A stretch of DNA of 63,146 nt, counting the filler, from Malassezia furfur (taxonomy: Eukaryota), in assembly GCA_052055015.1 (NCBI GenBank). It is 12 parts of 12 records of this genome, joined end to end, with 100 filler letters (N's around TTAATTAATTAA, not from the genome) between each part and the next. Parts side by side here need not be neighbours in the genome. Positions count along the whole stretch, not along the records: positions 1 to 5,219 come from JBQJIT010000618.1; positions 5,320 to 10,536 come from JBQJIT010000619.1; positions 10,637 to 15,851 come from JBQJIT010000620.1; 9 more parts are not named here. One strand, written 5' to 3'. The position numbers and the translations under genes were made by a program. Every line of letters begins with the position of its first letter. Positions within the stretch are counted from its first letter, which is position 1. The notes beneath the pieces were generated by a model, which was not told the DNA's origin, did no database searches, and saw only the letters and a list, made by a program, of their open reading frames with translations. This document shows, one piece after another, positions 1 to 11,430 of the stretch.

Positions 1-863
1 AGCACCGCGCTGCTCGCGGCGCTCACGGGCATCCCCGTGTTGGCGCTGGCGTAGGGCGTGTCGGACATGCTCTGGTTCATCGTGGCGCGCCCAGGCGCGC
101 CGGGGTGCAGGTTCATCGTGGGCGACCCGAGCCCAAAGTCGTCCTGGTGCAAGCGGTGGCCCTTTTGGATGTCCGTGTAAAACTCGAGCACGTCGAGCAC
201 CGCCTGCGGGTTCTTGGCGTAGTCCTCCTTGGTGATCGCCGACTTGGTCAACAGCCGCGTCCACTGCTCGGGGAGGCCCGTGAAGGAGCCACTGACCGGG
301 TCGAAGCCGACGTGCACCTGGTGCACAAAGTCGGTCGGCGACGAGGCGCCGAGCGGCGTGCGATTGTAGATGTCGTCCATCCAGCCGTACAGCTCCTCAT
401 CGCTCTTGAGCTGCAAAAAGTAGGTCTTGTCCTTGGTCTCAATCTCGATGCAGTACGGCTTGAGGTCGGTACGGCTCACGTTGGTCACGTCGCGCAGCAA
501 CACAATCGACGACGCCTGGTAGGTCGTCTCGTTCTTGTAAAAGAGCAGCGTGGTGTCGCGCAGCACGAGCCATCGCTTGCTCCAGATCCAGCTGCGCAGG
601 CCGTCCTCCTTGACGCTGACGTAGCCCTTGCGCACGATGCTGGTCGCATTCGTGCCCGTGGGCGACATCGACGGGCTCGGGTGCAGCATACCCGATGCGC
701 CGCCGAGGCGCGGGCTGTACGCGGTCGTGGGCGAACCGGGCAGCTCGCTGCCGTACAGCTCTGCCCCGCCGGGCGCCGCACGCGGAAACGAAGGCGGCGC
801 GGGGGCGGGACGCGAGGGCGCGAGTCCGTACGGATCAGAGGGGTCGCGCGACGGGTATGGCAT
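1..863 (-). CDS. CLA4: PAK-family kinase Cla4, 5' part (PH + CRIB domains; kinase domain lies off the window)
   Basis: Not in the ORF track because it runs off the edge. Manual translation from ATG at 863 gives MPYPSRDP...[27 protein letters not shown] (PH) and ...[56 protein letters not shown] (CRIB). Confidence 0.93.
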   Translation of the reverse strand, partial: MPYPSRDPSDPYGLAPSRPAPAPPSFPRAAPGGAELYGSELPGSPTTAYSPRLGGASGMLHPSPSMSPTGTNATSIVRKGYVSVKEDGLRSWIWSKRWLVLRDTTLLFYKNETTYQASSIVLLRDVTNVSRTDLKPYCIEIETKDKTYFLQLKSDEELYGWMDDIYNRTPLGASSPTDFVHQVHVGFDPVSGSFTGLPEQWTRLLTKSAITKEDYAKNPQAVLDVLEFYTDIQKGHRLHQDDFGLGSPTMNLHPGAPGRATMNQSMSDTPYASANTGMPVSAASSAV

Positions 864-878
864 GGCACGCAAGCTTCA

Positions 879-906
879 ACACACACACACACACACACGC
901 GCACAC
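879..906. repeat. (CA)n microsatellite in the CLA4/ARC15 divergent intergenic region
   Basis: acacacacacacacacacacgcgcacac. Confidence 0.85.
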
Positions 907-1025
907 AACTCGCACACGCCGTGTCCTGTCGTCGTCTGGTCGCGCGTGCTTCGCCGGCGGCGGCGGCCACCGGGCACGTGGCGGCTCGCGGGACCCTTTC
1001 ACGTGACCGACCGTGCGCTACCACC

Positions 1026-1540
1026 ATGAGCAGCGACTTTCGCGCGCTGGACGTGGACCAGTGGGACGAGGAGCCGCTGACTGCCGCGGATCTCGCGATT
1101 GAGGACCCGCGGTCCGCCGCCGAGCTCCTCCAGATTGCGCAGCAGAAGCAAAGCGGCGTGCGCACGCGCCTCGCGAGGTAGGTTCCGGCCCGTGCTCACC
1201 CGACAGCAACGACACCGCCGGCGCCCTCGCCGCGATCCTGGACGACGCGCCGAGCGGGCACCATGCCGAGGAGGCGAAGCGCATCACATTTGCGCTCCTG
1301 CTCGAGACGCTGAACGCCACGCGCTCGACCGACATCCCCGCGGCGCTGCGCACGCTCGACACGGCGCAGCGCGAGACGCTGATGAAGTACCTGTACAAGG
1401 GCCTCGCGCTTGGCGGCACGCGCGCGGGTGCGGCCGAGGGCATCAACTGTGCCGTGCTGCTGCTGTGGCACGAAAAGCTCACGCAAGTCGCCGGCACGGG
1501 GTGCGTCATGCGCGTGATGACCGACCGTCGTGTTCTGTAG
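1026..1540 (+). CDS. ARC15: Arp2/3 complex subunit 5 (ARPC5/Arc15), 2 exons
   Basis: MSSDFRALDVDQWDEE...; 29-nt intron 1178-1206 (gtaggt...ctcac..cag); exon 2 reads ...LMKYLYKGL...VLLLWHEKLTQVAGTGCVMRVMTDRRVL*. Confidence 0.92.
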
Positions 1541-1545
1541 CATAT

Positions 1546-4500
1546 CTATACATCGTGCGTCGCGGGCCCGCCCCACTTGAGGTCGCGCAAACGTAAATCG
1601 ACGATCTCCTCGAGGGCCGCCTGGACGTCGGCGCCCGGCGCCAGGTGGTAGGATGCGTCCGAGCTCGGGCGCGCGCTCTCCGAGGCGATGCACGTGCGCG
1701 GCGCAAAGCCGAGGTCGAGCTGGTTCAGGTAGGCGACGAGGTGCTCGTCGGTGCCGATCTGCAGCACAAACGTGAACATGCCCTTTTGCGTGTCGTCCGC
1801 CTCGGTCTCTTCGTCGGCGTGGCGCGTCGGCAGCGCGCCCATCCCGTCGAGCGACAAGAGGTACTGCACCGCGGTGGTGCGGCTGACGTTCTTGGGCATG
1901 ATGGTGAAGCACGCGTGGCCGTGCAGGATGCGCAGCGAGAAGCGCTCGCCGAGCGAGTCGTAGATCAAGCTCTGCACTTCGGCGGCCTGCCGCCGCGCCC
2001 ACTGCCGCTCGGCGGCGGTCGAGTCGCGGAGGCGCTCACCAAAGTGCCACGTCACCGACGCGCGGTGCTCCTCGACCCAGGAGCCCGGCGTGCGCTCGGT
2101 GAAGTAGTCCAGGATTTCGAGCACGGGCGTGCGCCACTCCAAATTGAAGCCGTCCACGAGCGAGTGCCAGGCGCGCTGGTTGCAGTGCTGCACGTAGCAC
2201 CCGTTCTCCGCGATGATGCCCACCTGCGGCACGTCGGCGGCGAGGCGCTGCAGTGTGTGGGTGCCCTGCCCGCTCAGCACGTACACGTAGTTGCGTGTGT
2301 CGGTCGCGAGGCGCTGCAGCAGGTCGACGAGGTGCGGCGTGGGGTGGAAGCCGTGGCGGTGGAGGTGCGCCGCATCCTCCTCCACCAGCGTCCCCTCGAG
2401 GTCGACGAGGAGCAGGCGCGAGCGCGACGCGCGCCACTCGGACGCGAGCTGCGCGATCTCGAGGCGCGGGATAAACACCTTGTCGACGCTCGGCTGGCGC
2501 TGGTGCGCGCGCTCCAGCTGGCTCAGCACCGAGGTAATCCAGTGCTGCGCGGTCTGCGTCACGACGGTGCGGTGCAGGTCGTACCAGCGCTGCTCCATCT
2601 CCTTCTGAGGCATGGTGAGCGCCTGGTGGATCGCGCTCGAGACCTGGCGCGTGTTCCACGGGTTGATGCCGATGCACGCGCGCAGCGCCGCATAGGTCCC
2701 GGTGAACTCGGAGAGGATCAGCGGCCGCTTGCGCGCTTCCTGCGCAATGACGTACTCGTGCGACGTGAGGTTCATGCCCTCGCGCAAACTCGTCGCGAGG
2801 AACACGTCGGCCATCGTGAGCAGCGCGAGGTACTGCGAGAAGGTGAGCTCTTGCACGTGCAGGAAGACGACCGGCTGGTAGGTGAGCGAGCTGTGCTTGC
2901 GGTTGATGCGCGCGACGATGTCGGTCGCCTCGCCCACCTCGCGGTTCTCCTGGACGGTGGCGAGCGCCACCTGGATCAGCACCACGCGCCCGACCCACTC
3001 GGGGTGCTCGTCGAGGAACACCTCAAACGCCAGCAGCTTCTCGCGCACACCTTTGATCCAGTCGAGCTTGTCGCGGCCCACAATCACATGCTTCCCCGCG
3101 AAGCGCTCGTGCAGCCGCTCGACCCACTCGTGCACGTCGGGGTGCTCGCGCTTGCGGTTCAAACTGTGCACGTCGATCCCGATCGGGAACGGCGCCACGG
3201 TGACAAACGCGCGGCGCAGCTGGATGCCGCGCGGCGTCGCCTCGAGCTGGAGGATGCGGCTGATCGTCTGCCGGAAGTGCCGGCAAAAGTTGTGCGTCTG
3301 GAAGCCGATCAGGTCCGCACCGAGCATGCCGCGCAGCAGCTCCTCGCGCGTGCTCAGGCACCGGAAGATCTCGCTGGAGGGGAACGCGATGTGCACAAAC
3401 AGCCCGATCGACGCACGCGGCAGCCGCTCGCGCACCATGTGCGGGACGAGCAGCAGGTGGTAGTCCTGCACCCACACCACGTCGCCCTCCTCGTACACCT
3501 CGACGATGCGCTCGGCAAACCGCCGGTTCACCTCGACGTACGCACGGAAGGCGCGGTCCTCGGAGGCCAGGCCCCGGGCGTTCGGCAGCGTGTAGTGGAA
3601 CGTGGGCCAGAGGATCTGCTTGCAGTAGTGGTGGTAGCTGTTGACGTAGTCTTCGTCCTTCAGCCACACGGGCACACACTCGCGCTCGGCACGCGCGCGC
3701 GCGTCAATTTCGTGGCGCAGCGGCGTCGGCACCCAGTCCATCTCGATGCCGAGCGTGCCGATGTACAGCTTGCCGCTGGGGAACAGGTCGTCACCCACAC
3801 TGTTCACCGCATTGATCAGGCCGTAGTTCGCGCCAGGGTTCGGCACAAAGGTGTACGGCCGCTTCCCTTCCACGTCCTCGACCGGCGGCACGTGCGACGA
3901 GCTCGAGGACCGCTTCGGGTGGCCCCGCAGCGACGCACGCCGCAGCTGCGAACCACGCCGCTGCATCGTGCCCGAGGCGGTCGTCTCGCCGACGCTGTCC
4001 AGCCGGTAGCGCCGCGCACGCCGCGCCCGCACCGTATCCTTGTCGTCGTGCGCTCCGCTCAAAGGCGCGCCTTCGGGCTCCTCGGTGACGTGCGGCGCAT
4101 CGCCTTCGTGCGCATCGTGCGTAGACGTCGCTTCCACGGCGCCCCCCGCCATCTGCGCCGGCGCACTGCTCGTCTGCGCGGGGCTCTCGGCACGTCCGCC
4201 GCGCTGTGCAAGGTGCTCGGGCGCCGCACGCAGCGCAACATCCTCGCCGTCCTGCGCGCCCGACCACCCGGACGCCAGCTCGGGGCGGTCGATCAGCAGC
4301 GGCGTCGGATGCCCCCGCCCGACCTGCCCGGGCGGCGCAGGGGTCACCGACCCGGCACCGAACGGGTTCTGCTCTTGGAACGCGGGCGTCGCCGAGGTCG
4401 ACGGGTGCTGCTTGGTGGCCAGGTCCGAGATGATGCTCGCGGGCGTCGTCGCCTTCGCATCGCGCAGCAGGTGCGGCGTCGGCATGCGGCCAGCGTCGGC

Positions 4501-5145
4501 ATGCGGCGAGCCCGCAGCGGGCATCGGCTGCAGCGGCTTAAAGAAGGGCGGCAGCGCACTCCCACTGTTCCGCCGGCTCGACACGCCGCGCGTCGCCGGC
4601 TCGCTGCTCGAGCCCCCGCTGCTGTTCTGCGTGGCAGGCGGCTGGTGCGCACTGGCGCGCCGGCCGTGGTCCGACTTGGTCGGCTGCGAGAGCGCCGCGC
4701 CCCCCGTGGTCGCCTCGTTGAAGTCGGGCAGCGCGGGCGACGGCGGGCCGCTAGCGATCGCCGAGCCCGAGTGCGGCTGCAGGTAGGCGGTGCCGCCGCC
4801 GCCCGCGGCCTCGGCCATCAGCTCGGCCATATTCACGCGCTCGCGCTGCACGAACGACGAGTGCCGCGAGCCGGGCGAGCCACCGAGATGGTGGCCGACG
4901 CGGCTGCGTGGATGGCCTCCACGGTTCTCCTGCTGCTGCGTCACCGCGAGCTGCAGGCGCGAGGAAAGCATGTCGGCGAGCTGCTGTGTGTTCGCCGGAC
5001 GCGGGTCCGGCGACGTCGGCGCCGATAGCTGCACCACCACATCGTCCCCACCCCGTGGATCCTCTGCACGAAACTCTACAGTATGCGGGAGGACAAACGC
5101 GGCGATCAGCACGCGATGCCCGCGTCTCGATGCCTCGGGCGCCAT
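1546..5145 (-). CDS. Trehalose-6-phosphate synthase/phosphatase complex subunit (GT20 + HAD-like), probably regulatory Tps3/Tsl1 type
   Basis: GT20 motifs LWPTFHY, VWVQDYHLLLVP, FVHIAFPSSEIFRCL, REGMNL, LSEFTG. The phosphatase motif is degenerate (DLEGTL instead of DxDGTL). First ATG at 5145. Confidence 0.88.
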   Translation of the reverse strand: MAPEASRRGHRVLIAAFVLPHTVEFRAEDPRGGDDVVVQLSAPTSPDPRPANTQQLADMLSSRLQLAVTQQQENRGGHPRSRVGHHLGGSPGSRHSSFVQRERVNMAELMAEAAGGGGTAYLQPHSGSAIASGPPSPALPDFNEATTGGAALSQPTKSDHGRRASAHQPPATQNSSGGSSSEPATRGVSSRRNSGSALPPFFKPLQPMPAAGSPHADAGRMPTPHLLRDAKATTPASIISDLATKQHPSTSATPAFQEQNPFGAGSVTPAPPGQVGRGHPTPLLIDRPELASGWSGAQDGEDVALRAAPEHLAQRGGRAESPAQTSSAPAQMAGGAVEATSTHDAHEGDAPHVTEEPEGAPLSGAHDDKDTVRARRARRYRLDSVGETTASGTMQRRGSQLRRASLRGHPKRSSSSSHVPPVEDVEGKRPYTFVPNPGANYGLINAVNSVGDDLFPSGKLYIGTLGIEMDWVPTPLRHEIDARARAERECVPVWLKDEDYVNSYHHYCKQILWPTFHYTLPNARGLASEDRAFRAYVEVNRRFAERIVEVYEEGDVVWVQDYHLLLVPHMVRERLPRASIGLFVHIAFPSSEIFRCLSTREELLRGMLGADLIGFQTHNFCRHFRQTISRILQLEATPRGIQLRRAFVTVAPFPIGIDVHSLNRKREHPDVHEWVERLHERFAGKHVIVGRDKLDWIKGVREKLLAFEVFLDEHPEWVGRVVLIQVALATVQENREVGEATDIVARINRKHSSLTYQPVVFLHVQELTFSQYLALLTMADVFLATSLREGMNLTSHEYVIAQEARKRPLILSEFTGTYAALRACIGINPWNTRQVSSAIHQALTMPQKEMEQRWYDLHRTVVTQTAQHWITSVLSQLERAHQRQPSVDKVFIPRLEIAQLASEWRASRSRLLLVDLEGTLVEEDAAHLHRHGFHPTPHLVDLLQRLATDTRNYVYVLSGQGTHTLQRLAADVPQVGIIAENGCYVQHCNQRAWHSLVDGFNLEWRTPVLEILDYFTERTPGSWVEEHRASVTWHFGERLRDSTAAERQWARRQAAEVQSLIYDSLGERFSLRILHGHACFTIMPKNVSRTTAVQYLLSLDGMGALPTRHADEETEADDTQKGMFTFVLQIGTDEHLVAYLNQLDLGFAPRTCIASESARPSSDASYHLAPGADVQAALEEIVDLRLRDLKWGGPATHDV

Positions 5146-5219
5146 CCTCGCAAGCCGGTGCAGGGCACCCACGCGGCCACCCGCGGCGCCGACCGTGCGC
5201 GCACGTCATGTGGTCGGCG

Positions 5220-5319
5220 NNNNNNNNNNNNNNNNNNNNNNNNNNNNNNNNNNNNNNNNNNNNTTAATTAATTAANNNNNNNNNNNNNNNNNNNNNNNNN
5301 NNNNNNNNNNNNNNNNNNN
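5220..5319. other. Artificial contig linker (N-run, TTAATTAATTAA, N-run); also at 10537-10636, 15852-15951, 21166-21265, 26477-26576, 31774-31873, 37056-37155, 42308-42407, 47537-47636, 52754-52853, 57958-58057
   Basis: Identical 100-nt spacer with stops in all six frames. Flanking contig lengths fall monotonically (5217, 5215, 5214, 5211, 5197, 5182, 5152, 5129, 5117, 5104 nt). Confidence 0.99.
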
Positions 5320-6268
5320 CGACGAGCGCCTCGGGCGCAAGCGCCGCGCACCGCGCGAGCACCGCGCGCGTGTGGGCCGCGACGAACGGCGTGTCGCTTC
5401 CGTGCGGCTGCAGTGCCGCCGCGAGCGTATGCGCGATCGACGCGCGCGCCGCGAGCGCGGGCAACGCATCGTCGATGAGCTGCAGCAGGCACACGCGCGC
5501 GCCCGTGCGCACGGTGTGCGCCTGGGCGGCGAGCCACGCCAGGTAGGCGTACGTGTCGACGAGGTGCTGTGCGCGCAGGGCGTGCACGAGCGCCGCGCTG
5601 TACGACCACTTGGCGGCCCACGCGGCGGCGTCTGCAGCAGGAAACGCGGCGAGCTGTGCGGCGAGCCACGCAAGCGCCGTCTCGGTGCATGCGTGCGTCG
5701 CCTGGTCGTGCGAGCGCCGCGCCGCGTGGACGTCGCTGGCGCCGCACGCCTGGACGAACCACACGGCGCGCGGCACGGGCACCGGGCGTGTGCCGTCGCC
5801 GTGCCATAGCATCTCAAAGAGCATTTCGCCGCGGTAGCCGTGCGGGATGTGGCGCGCGAGGTGCGCGAGCGGCGCGCCTGGATCGGCGAGCGCACGGACG
5901 TAGAGCGTGCGCTTGGCCTCGTTGAGCGTGACGCGCCCGGGCACGGCAAACGTGTGGTCCTCGAGCGTGTGTGGGTGCGTGGCGCGGCGCTGACGCTGTA
6001 CGCCGTCGAGCAGCGCGTTGAGGAGGCCGAGCGTCGCGGGCCGTGCGAGGCGATCGTGGATCTGCTCGTGGACCGACGCGCCCTCGTTCGCGACGCACGG
6101 GGGCGCGACCCAGCCGTGGCGCACGGCCGCGGTGGTGAGCTCGGTGGGCTGTGGCACGCACAGCCCCGGCCACCCCAGCTCGGCGGCGTCGTGCAGCGGC
6201 GGGCGCCACGCGGGCGCCGCGAGCGCATACGCCTCGAGCCCCCCCCGCTCCGGCGGCATGGTGGGCAT
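5320..6268 (-). CDS. MED12: Mediator subunit Med12 (Srb8), N-terminal part, 3'-truncated
   Basis: Med12 domain signature FAVPGRVTLNEAKRTLYVRALADPGAPLAHLARHIPHGYRGEMLFEML...VPVPRAVWFVQACG. Confidence 0.85.
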
Positions 6269-6362
6269 CGCACGTGACTGGCTTCTTTCCTTTCTTCCAG
6301 CGCGGAGCGCCGCTAGCAGGACGGTGCGATTGATCCAGCGACTCTTTTGCACGCGGGCTGTG

Positions 6363-9300
6363 ATGAGTGCGAAACCAGCAGCGGCTCCAGCCGCGGGCCC
6401 CATTAAACTGGAGAATGTGCGTAGCGGCGTGTGCTGACCCAGACCGCGAAGCGCGACTTTCTGCGCTCGCTCGAGCAAAAGTACCAGCAAGAGTGGCGCG
6501 AGGCGCGCGTCTTTGACGTCGACTCGCCGACGAACGATGCGGCGCTGCAGGATCTCTCTCCGGAGGAGATCCGCGCCAAGTACCCCAAGTTCTTTGCGAC
6601 GATCCCGTACGCGTACATGAACGGCTCGCTGCACCTGGGCCATGCCTTTACGCTGTCCAAGGTCGAGTTTGCCACGGGCTACGAGCGCATGCTCGGCAAG
6701 CGCGCCCTGTTCCCGTGGGCATTCCACTGCACGGGCATGCCGATCCGCGCCGCGGCCGACAAGCTGATCCGCGAGATTGAGCTGTTCGGCGAGGACTTTG
6801 CCAAGTACGACGCCCAGGTCGAGGCGGAGGCCAAGGCGGAGGCCGAGGCCGAGGTCAAGGCGTCGGGCGGCGGCGACTCGCAGCGCGTCGACAAGGCGAC
6901 CAAGGGCAAGCTGGCCGGGAAGAACACCGGGCTCAAGTACCAGTTCCAGATCATGGAGAACAGCGGTGTGCCGCGCGAGGAGATCAAGCGCTTCGCCGAC
7001 CCGCTGTACTGGCTGCACTACTTCCCCCCGATCGCGCAGCGCGACACGACCGAGTTTGGCCTGCGCATCGACTGGCGCCGCGCGTTCATCACCACGGACG
7101 TCAACCCGTACTACGACTCATTTGTGCGCTGGCAGGTGAACAAGCTGCGTGCCATGGACAAGATCAAGTTCGGTGAGCGCTACACCATCTTCTCGCCGAA
7201 GGACGGGCAGCCGTGCATGGACCACGACCGCTCCGAGGGCGAGGGTCTTGGCCCGCAGGAGTACACCGGCCTGAAGATGGAGGTGGTGCAGTGGGGCAAG
7301 AACGCTGCGCCGCTCCTCGACGCCAAGCTGCAGGGCAAGCGCGTCTTCTTGGTGGCGGCGACGCTGCGTCCCGAGACCATGTACGGCCAGACGAACTGCT
7401 ACGTCGGCCCGAAGCTCGAGTACGGCGCGTTCGCGGTGAACGACACCGACGTGTACGTCTGCACGGAGCGTGCGGCGCGCAACTTTGCCTACCAGGGCAT
7501 TGTCGACACGCGCGGCAAGGTCGAGTGCCTCGCCAAGGTGCACGGCGCCGAGCTCGTCGGGACGCGCATCAAGGCGCCGTACGCGGTGCACAACGAGGTG
7601 TACGTGCTGCCGATGGACTCGGTGCTTGCCACCAAGGGTACCGGTGTCGTGACGAGCGTGCCGAGCGACTCGCCGGACGACTACGCGAACCTGATGGAGC
7701 TACGCAAGAAGGCCGAGTTCTACCACGTGGACCCCCAGTGGCTCACGTTTGACCCCGTACCGGTGATCCAGGCGCCGGGGTACAGCGAGATGATCGCCGA
7801 GGACCTCGTGAAGCAGTTCAAGGTGCAGAGCCCCAAGGACCGCAACGCGCTCGCCGAGGCCAAGGACGTGGCGTACAAGCAGGGCTTCTACAACGGCACG
7901 ATGCTCGTGGGCAAGTACAAGGGCGAGAGCGTGCAGGAGGCCAAGGCCAAGGTGCAGCGCGACTTGATTGCCGACCAGCTGGCGTTTGCCTACGCGGAGC
8001 CCGAGGGCCGCATCGTGTCGCGCAGTGGCGACGACTGTGTGGTGGCGCTGTGCGACCAGTGGTACCTGGACTACGGTGAGCCGTCGTGGAAGGCGCAGGC
8101 GGAAAAGCTCCTGGCGCAGATGAACACCTACCAGACCGAGACGCGCAACTCGTTCGAGGGCGTGCTCGCCTGGCTGCACCAGTGGGCGTGCGCGCGCTCC
8201 TACGGCCTGGGCTCCAAGCTGCCGTGGGACCCGCAGTTCTTGGTGGAGAGTCTGAGCGACTCGACGATCTACATGGCCTACTACACCGTCGCCTACCAGC
8301 TGCAGGGCGGCGTGGCCGACGGCAGCCAGACGGGCCCGCTCGGCGTGACGCCCGACCAGCTCACCGACGACGTGTGGGACTACATCCTGACCGGCGCGCC
8401 GTGGCCCGCGGACGCTCCGCTCCCCCGCGAGAAGGCCGACAAGCTGCGCCGCGAGTTTGAGTACTTCTACCCGATGGACCTGCGCTCGTCGGGCAAGGAC
8501 CTGATCAACAACCACCTGACGTTCTGCATCTACAACCACGCCGCCATCTTCCCCGAGAAGCACTGGCCGCGGGCGATGCGCGCCAACGGCCACCTGATGC
8601 TCAACGGCGCCAAGATGTCGAAGAGCACCGGCAACACGCTCTCCCTGCGCCAGTCGGTCGAGAAGTTTGGCGCGGACGCCTCGCGTGTGTCGCTCGCCGA
8701 CGCGGGCGACGGCATCGAGGACGCCAACTTCGAGGAAAAGACGGCCAACGCCAACATCCTCCGCTTCCACACGCTGATCGACTGGTGCACCGAGATGATC
8801 GCCAAGGCGAACGCCAACGAGCTGCGCACGGGCGCGCGTGATGCGTTCTGGGACCGCACGTTCGCCAACGAGATTCAGGCGGCGATCGCCGCGACGAAGG
8901 ACGCGTACGAGCGCGCGGCGTACAAGGAGGTGACCAAGATGGGCTTCTACGAGCTGCAGTCGTCGCGCGACCTGTACCGCGAGGCGACCGCGGACATCGG
9001 CATGCACGCCGACCTTGTGCGCCTCTGGATCGAGACGCAGGCGCTGCTCATTGCGCCCATTGCGCCGCACTTTGCCGAGCACATCTGGAAGGGCGTGCTG
9101 GGCCACACCACCACGGTCCACGACGCGCGCTTCCCCGAGGCGCAGCCGGAGGACGCGGCGCTGACCGCCGCCGCCGCCTACGTCCGTGGCACGATCAAGA
9201 CGATCCGCGACGCGGAGATCGCCGTGACGCGCCGCAAGGTCAAGGGCCAGGCGCCCTCGGAGAAGTACAACGAGCGCAAGCCGAAGGAGGTGTGCATCTT

Positions 9301-9715
9301 TGTCGCGGACGCCTTCCCCGAGTGGCAGGACGTGTGTGTGAACGCGGTGCAGCAGCACTACGACCCGGCCACGGGCAAGGTGGACGACGCCAAGGTGCGT
9401 GAGGAGATCGCCAAGGCCGGCCTGCTCAAGGACAAGAAGGCCATGCCGTTCGTGATGGCATTCAAGAAGCGCATCGCCGAGTTTGGTCCGGAGATGGCGT
9501 TCAACCGCCAGCTGCCGTTCAACGAGAAGGAGACGCTGGCGGCGTCCAGCGGCTACCTGAAGAAGACGCTCAACTTCCGCGACGTACACATCGAGAGCGC
9601 CAAGGAGGCGCTTGCGCGTGCCGACGAGCTGCAGGGCAAGCACGGCTTTGACCGCACCGTCGTCGAGGGCGCCGAGCCCGGCGCGCCCTCGTTCGCCTTC
9701 TACAATGTGGAGTAG
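6363..9715 (+). CDS. CDC60: Cytoplasmic leucyl-tRNA synthetase, 2 exons
   Basis: YMNGSLHLGH (HIGH-like), ATLRPETMYGQTN, KMSKS. True start MSAKPAAAPAAGPIKLEN at 6363, 26-nt intron 6417-6442. Confidence 0.97.
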
Positions 9716-10003
9716 CTGCCGTAGGCACTCGATCGGCCCTGGCCAGCGATGCGCGCCCGTGCGGGGGGAGACGGTGGAGCTGCACCTCGCTGCACCACCT
9801 CCACATGCCAGCCCACTGCAGTGCTCCCTTGCAGCTTTTTGGGAGGGGCGGGCCTGACCATGCGAACAAGTGCGGACCCCAGCTGGGGCGTCACGACGGT
9901 GTCTTCCGCTTCTTGCTCAACCGCATACGTAGGATCGCCGCCGCGCGTGGATTGATCGCCGACCCTTTCTTCTCTCACCCCCCACCTCACTCCTTTCGCC
10001 ACG

Positions 10004-10536
10004 ATGGGTACCGCCGGGCGCCTCGCCGCGCTGCTGGGCTTCCTGCTCGTGGGCGCTTCGTTCGTTCTTCAGCTCTTGGTACGCAGCGGCGCCGTGGCTA
10101 ACCTGCAGAACTCTATCTCCCTGCCGTACATCCATGGCCTCTACTTTATGCGCCTCATCTCCGGCGACCAGGACCTGCGCGTACGTACCCCGCTTTGCAT
10201 CTCACCGCTAGTTTGGCGTCTGGGCCGGCTGTGTGATCTCCAGCACATCGCAGTGCTCGCCCGTGGGCCTCGGCTTCAAGCAACAGTCCCTGCAGGAGCT
10301 GTTTGGCAGCCGCCTCAACATCGGCTCGCCGTTCATCCACAACCTGCCCTATGCCCTTGTGCTCCAGCCGATCTCGGCGGGCTTTACGGGGATTGCGGCC
10401 GGTGCGGCGCTGCTCGCCGTGTGTACCAACACATTGCTGTACACCATCGCAACGTTCTGGGCGATGCTCCTGTCGATCGCCACGCTGGTGATCGAGCTCA
10501 TCCTCTTCATCAACGCTCGCAACAAGCTCAACAACC
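10004..10536 (+). CDS. SUR7/PalI (Rim9)-family tetraspan membrane protein, 3'-truncated
   Basis: N-terminal TM helix; introns 10079-10108 (30 nt) and 10181-10211 (31 nt). The spliced product has the FGVWAGC...QCSPVGLGF claudin-like motif and further TM helices. Confidence 0.75.
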
Positions 10537-10636
10537 NNNNNNNNNNNNNNNNNNNNNNNNNNNNNNNNNNNNNNNNNNNNTTAATTAATTAANNNNNNNN
10601 NNNNNNNNNNNNNNNNNNNNNNNNNNNNNNNNNNNN

Positions 10637-10774
10637 TCATGGAGATCGACGAGAACCTCAAGTATACATTCCTCCAGTTTGACCCCGCGCCACGCACGGG
10701 CGAGCCGCTCGTCTCGCGCCGCGTCCCAGACGTACGTATGCTGCGCTTGGCTGACCTTGCAGTACTTTTTGTAA
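10637..10774 (+). CDS. PPH21: Protein phosphatase 2A catalytic subunit, C-terminal fragment
   Basis: [31 protein letters not shown], then 31-nt intron 10732-10762, then YFL*. This is the diagnostic PP2A-C tail. Confidence 0.88.
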   Translation, partial: SWRSTRTSSIHSSSLTPRHARASRSSRAASQTYVCCAWLTLQYFL

Positions 10775-11037
10775 TTTATCTCGAGCGGGGACGGCGTAGA
10801 ATATATACTGGCGTGCCGCCGACGGGACTCGATAGCGCCATCTTGCTCTGCTATGTAATGTTATGTGCGCACCGACCACGCGAAACGAGCGGCGCGACCC
10901 CCGCGTTGCGGTCCGCATGCATCTGCGGAGCATTGAAAAAGCGCCCGATTTTCTTCAGGGTGGAGCGCCCAGGGCCCACCCTGCTTGGCGCCCTCGATCT
11001 CTGTCAGCACACTGCCCCCGCAGCTCCATTCCACACC

Positions 11038-11393
11038 ATGGCGACGCTGGGCGACTACATTGGGCTGGGCCTAATCCTGGCGCTCGTGTACGCGATCTAC
11101 ATGGGCCTACAGCACACCGATGACGCCAAGCGTGCCCTGAAAGAGAAGAAGCAGGAGCTCAAGGTGCGTCGTGCGCCCACGCAACTCACACAGGCCCACG
11201 GCATCGACATCTCGTCCGAGGGCATCTCGATCCGCTCGAATCACCGCAGCATGGATCGTTCCGCGTACATTGTACGTGTACAACACTCACCATACAGGAC
11301 GCGACGCAAAAGAAGTTCAACGAGGGCGGCGCCTTCCTGGCGGAGCACGCCCACTCGATGAAGTTTGGGCCCGGCGGCGACACGTCTAAATAG
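11038..11393 (+). CDS. Small (about 99 aa) uncharacterised single-TM protein, 3 exons
   Basis: [24 protein letters not shown]...KKQELK | intron 11164-11193 | [26 protein letters not shown] | intron 11272-11297 | [31 protein letters not shown]. Splice signals are canonical. Confidence 0.7.
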
Positions 11394-11430
11394 CTTCCAT
11401 TCCTATCGTACTACATCCACATGCTCATCC

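Noticed and set aside
1645..5028. Very long antisense or alternative-frame ORFs (also 7700-9643, 27514-29412, 29639-31825, 44019-45269, 61565-63142)
   Set aside because: These are shadow ORFs produced by high GC3 codon bias opposite genuine genes, with no recognisable motifs.
5264..5275. Repeated TTAATTAATTAA motif about every 5.2 kb
   Set aside because: It is an artificial six-frame-stop linker inside N runs joining size-sorted contigs, not a biological repeat. Gene neighbourhoods across it are meaningless.
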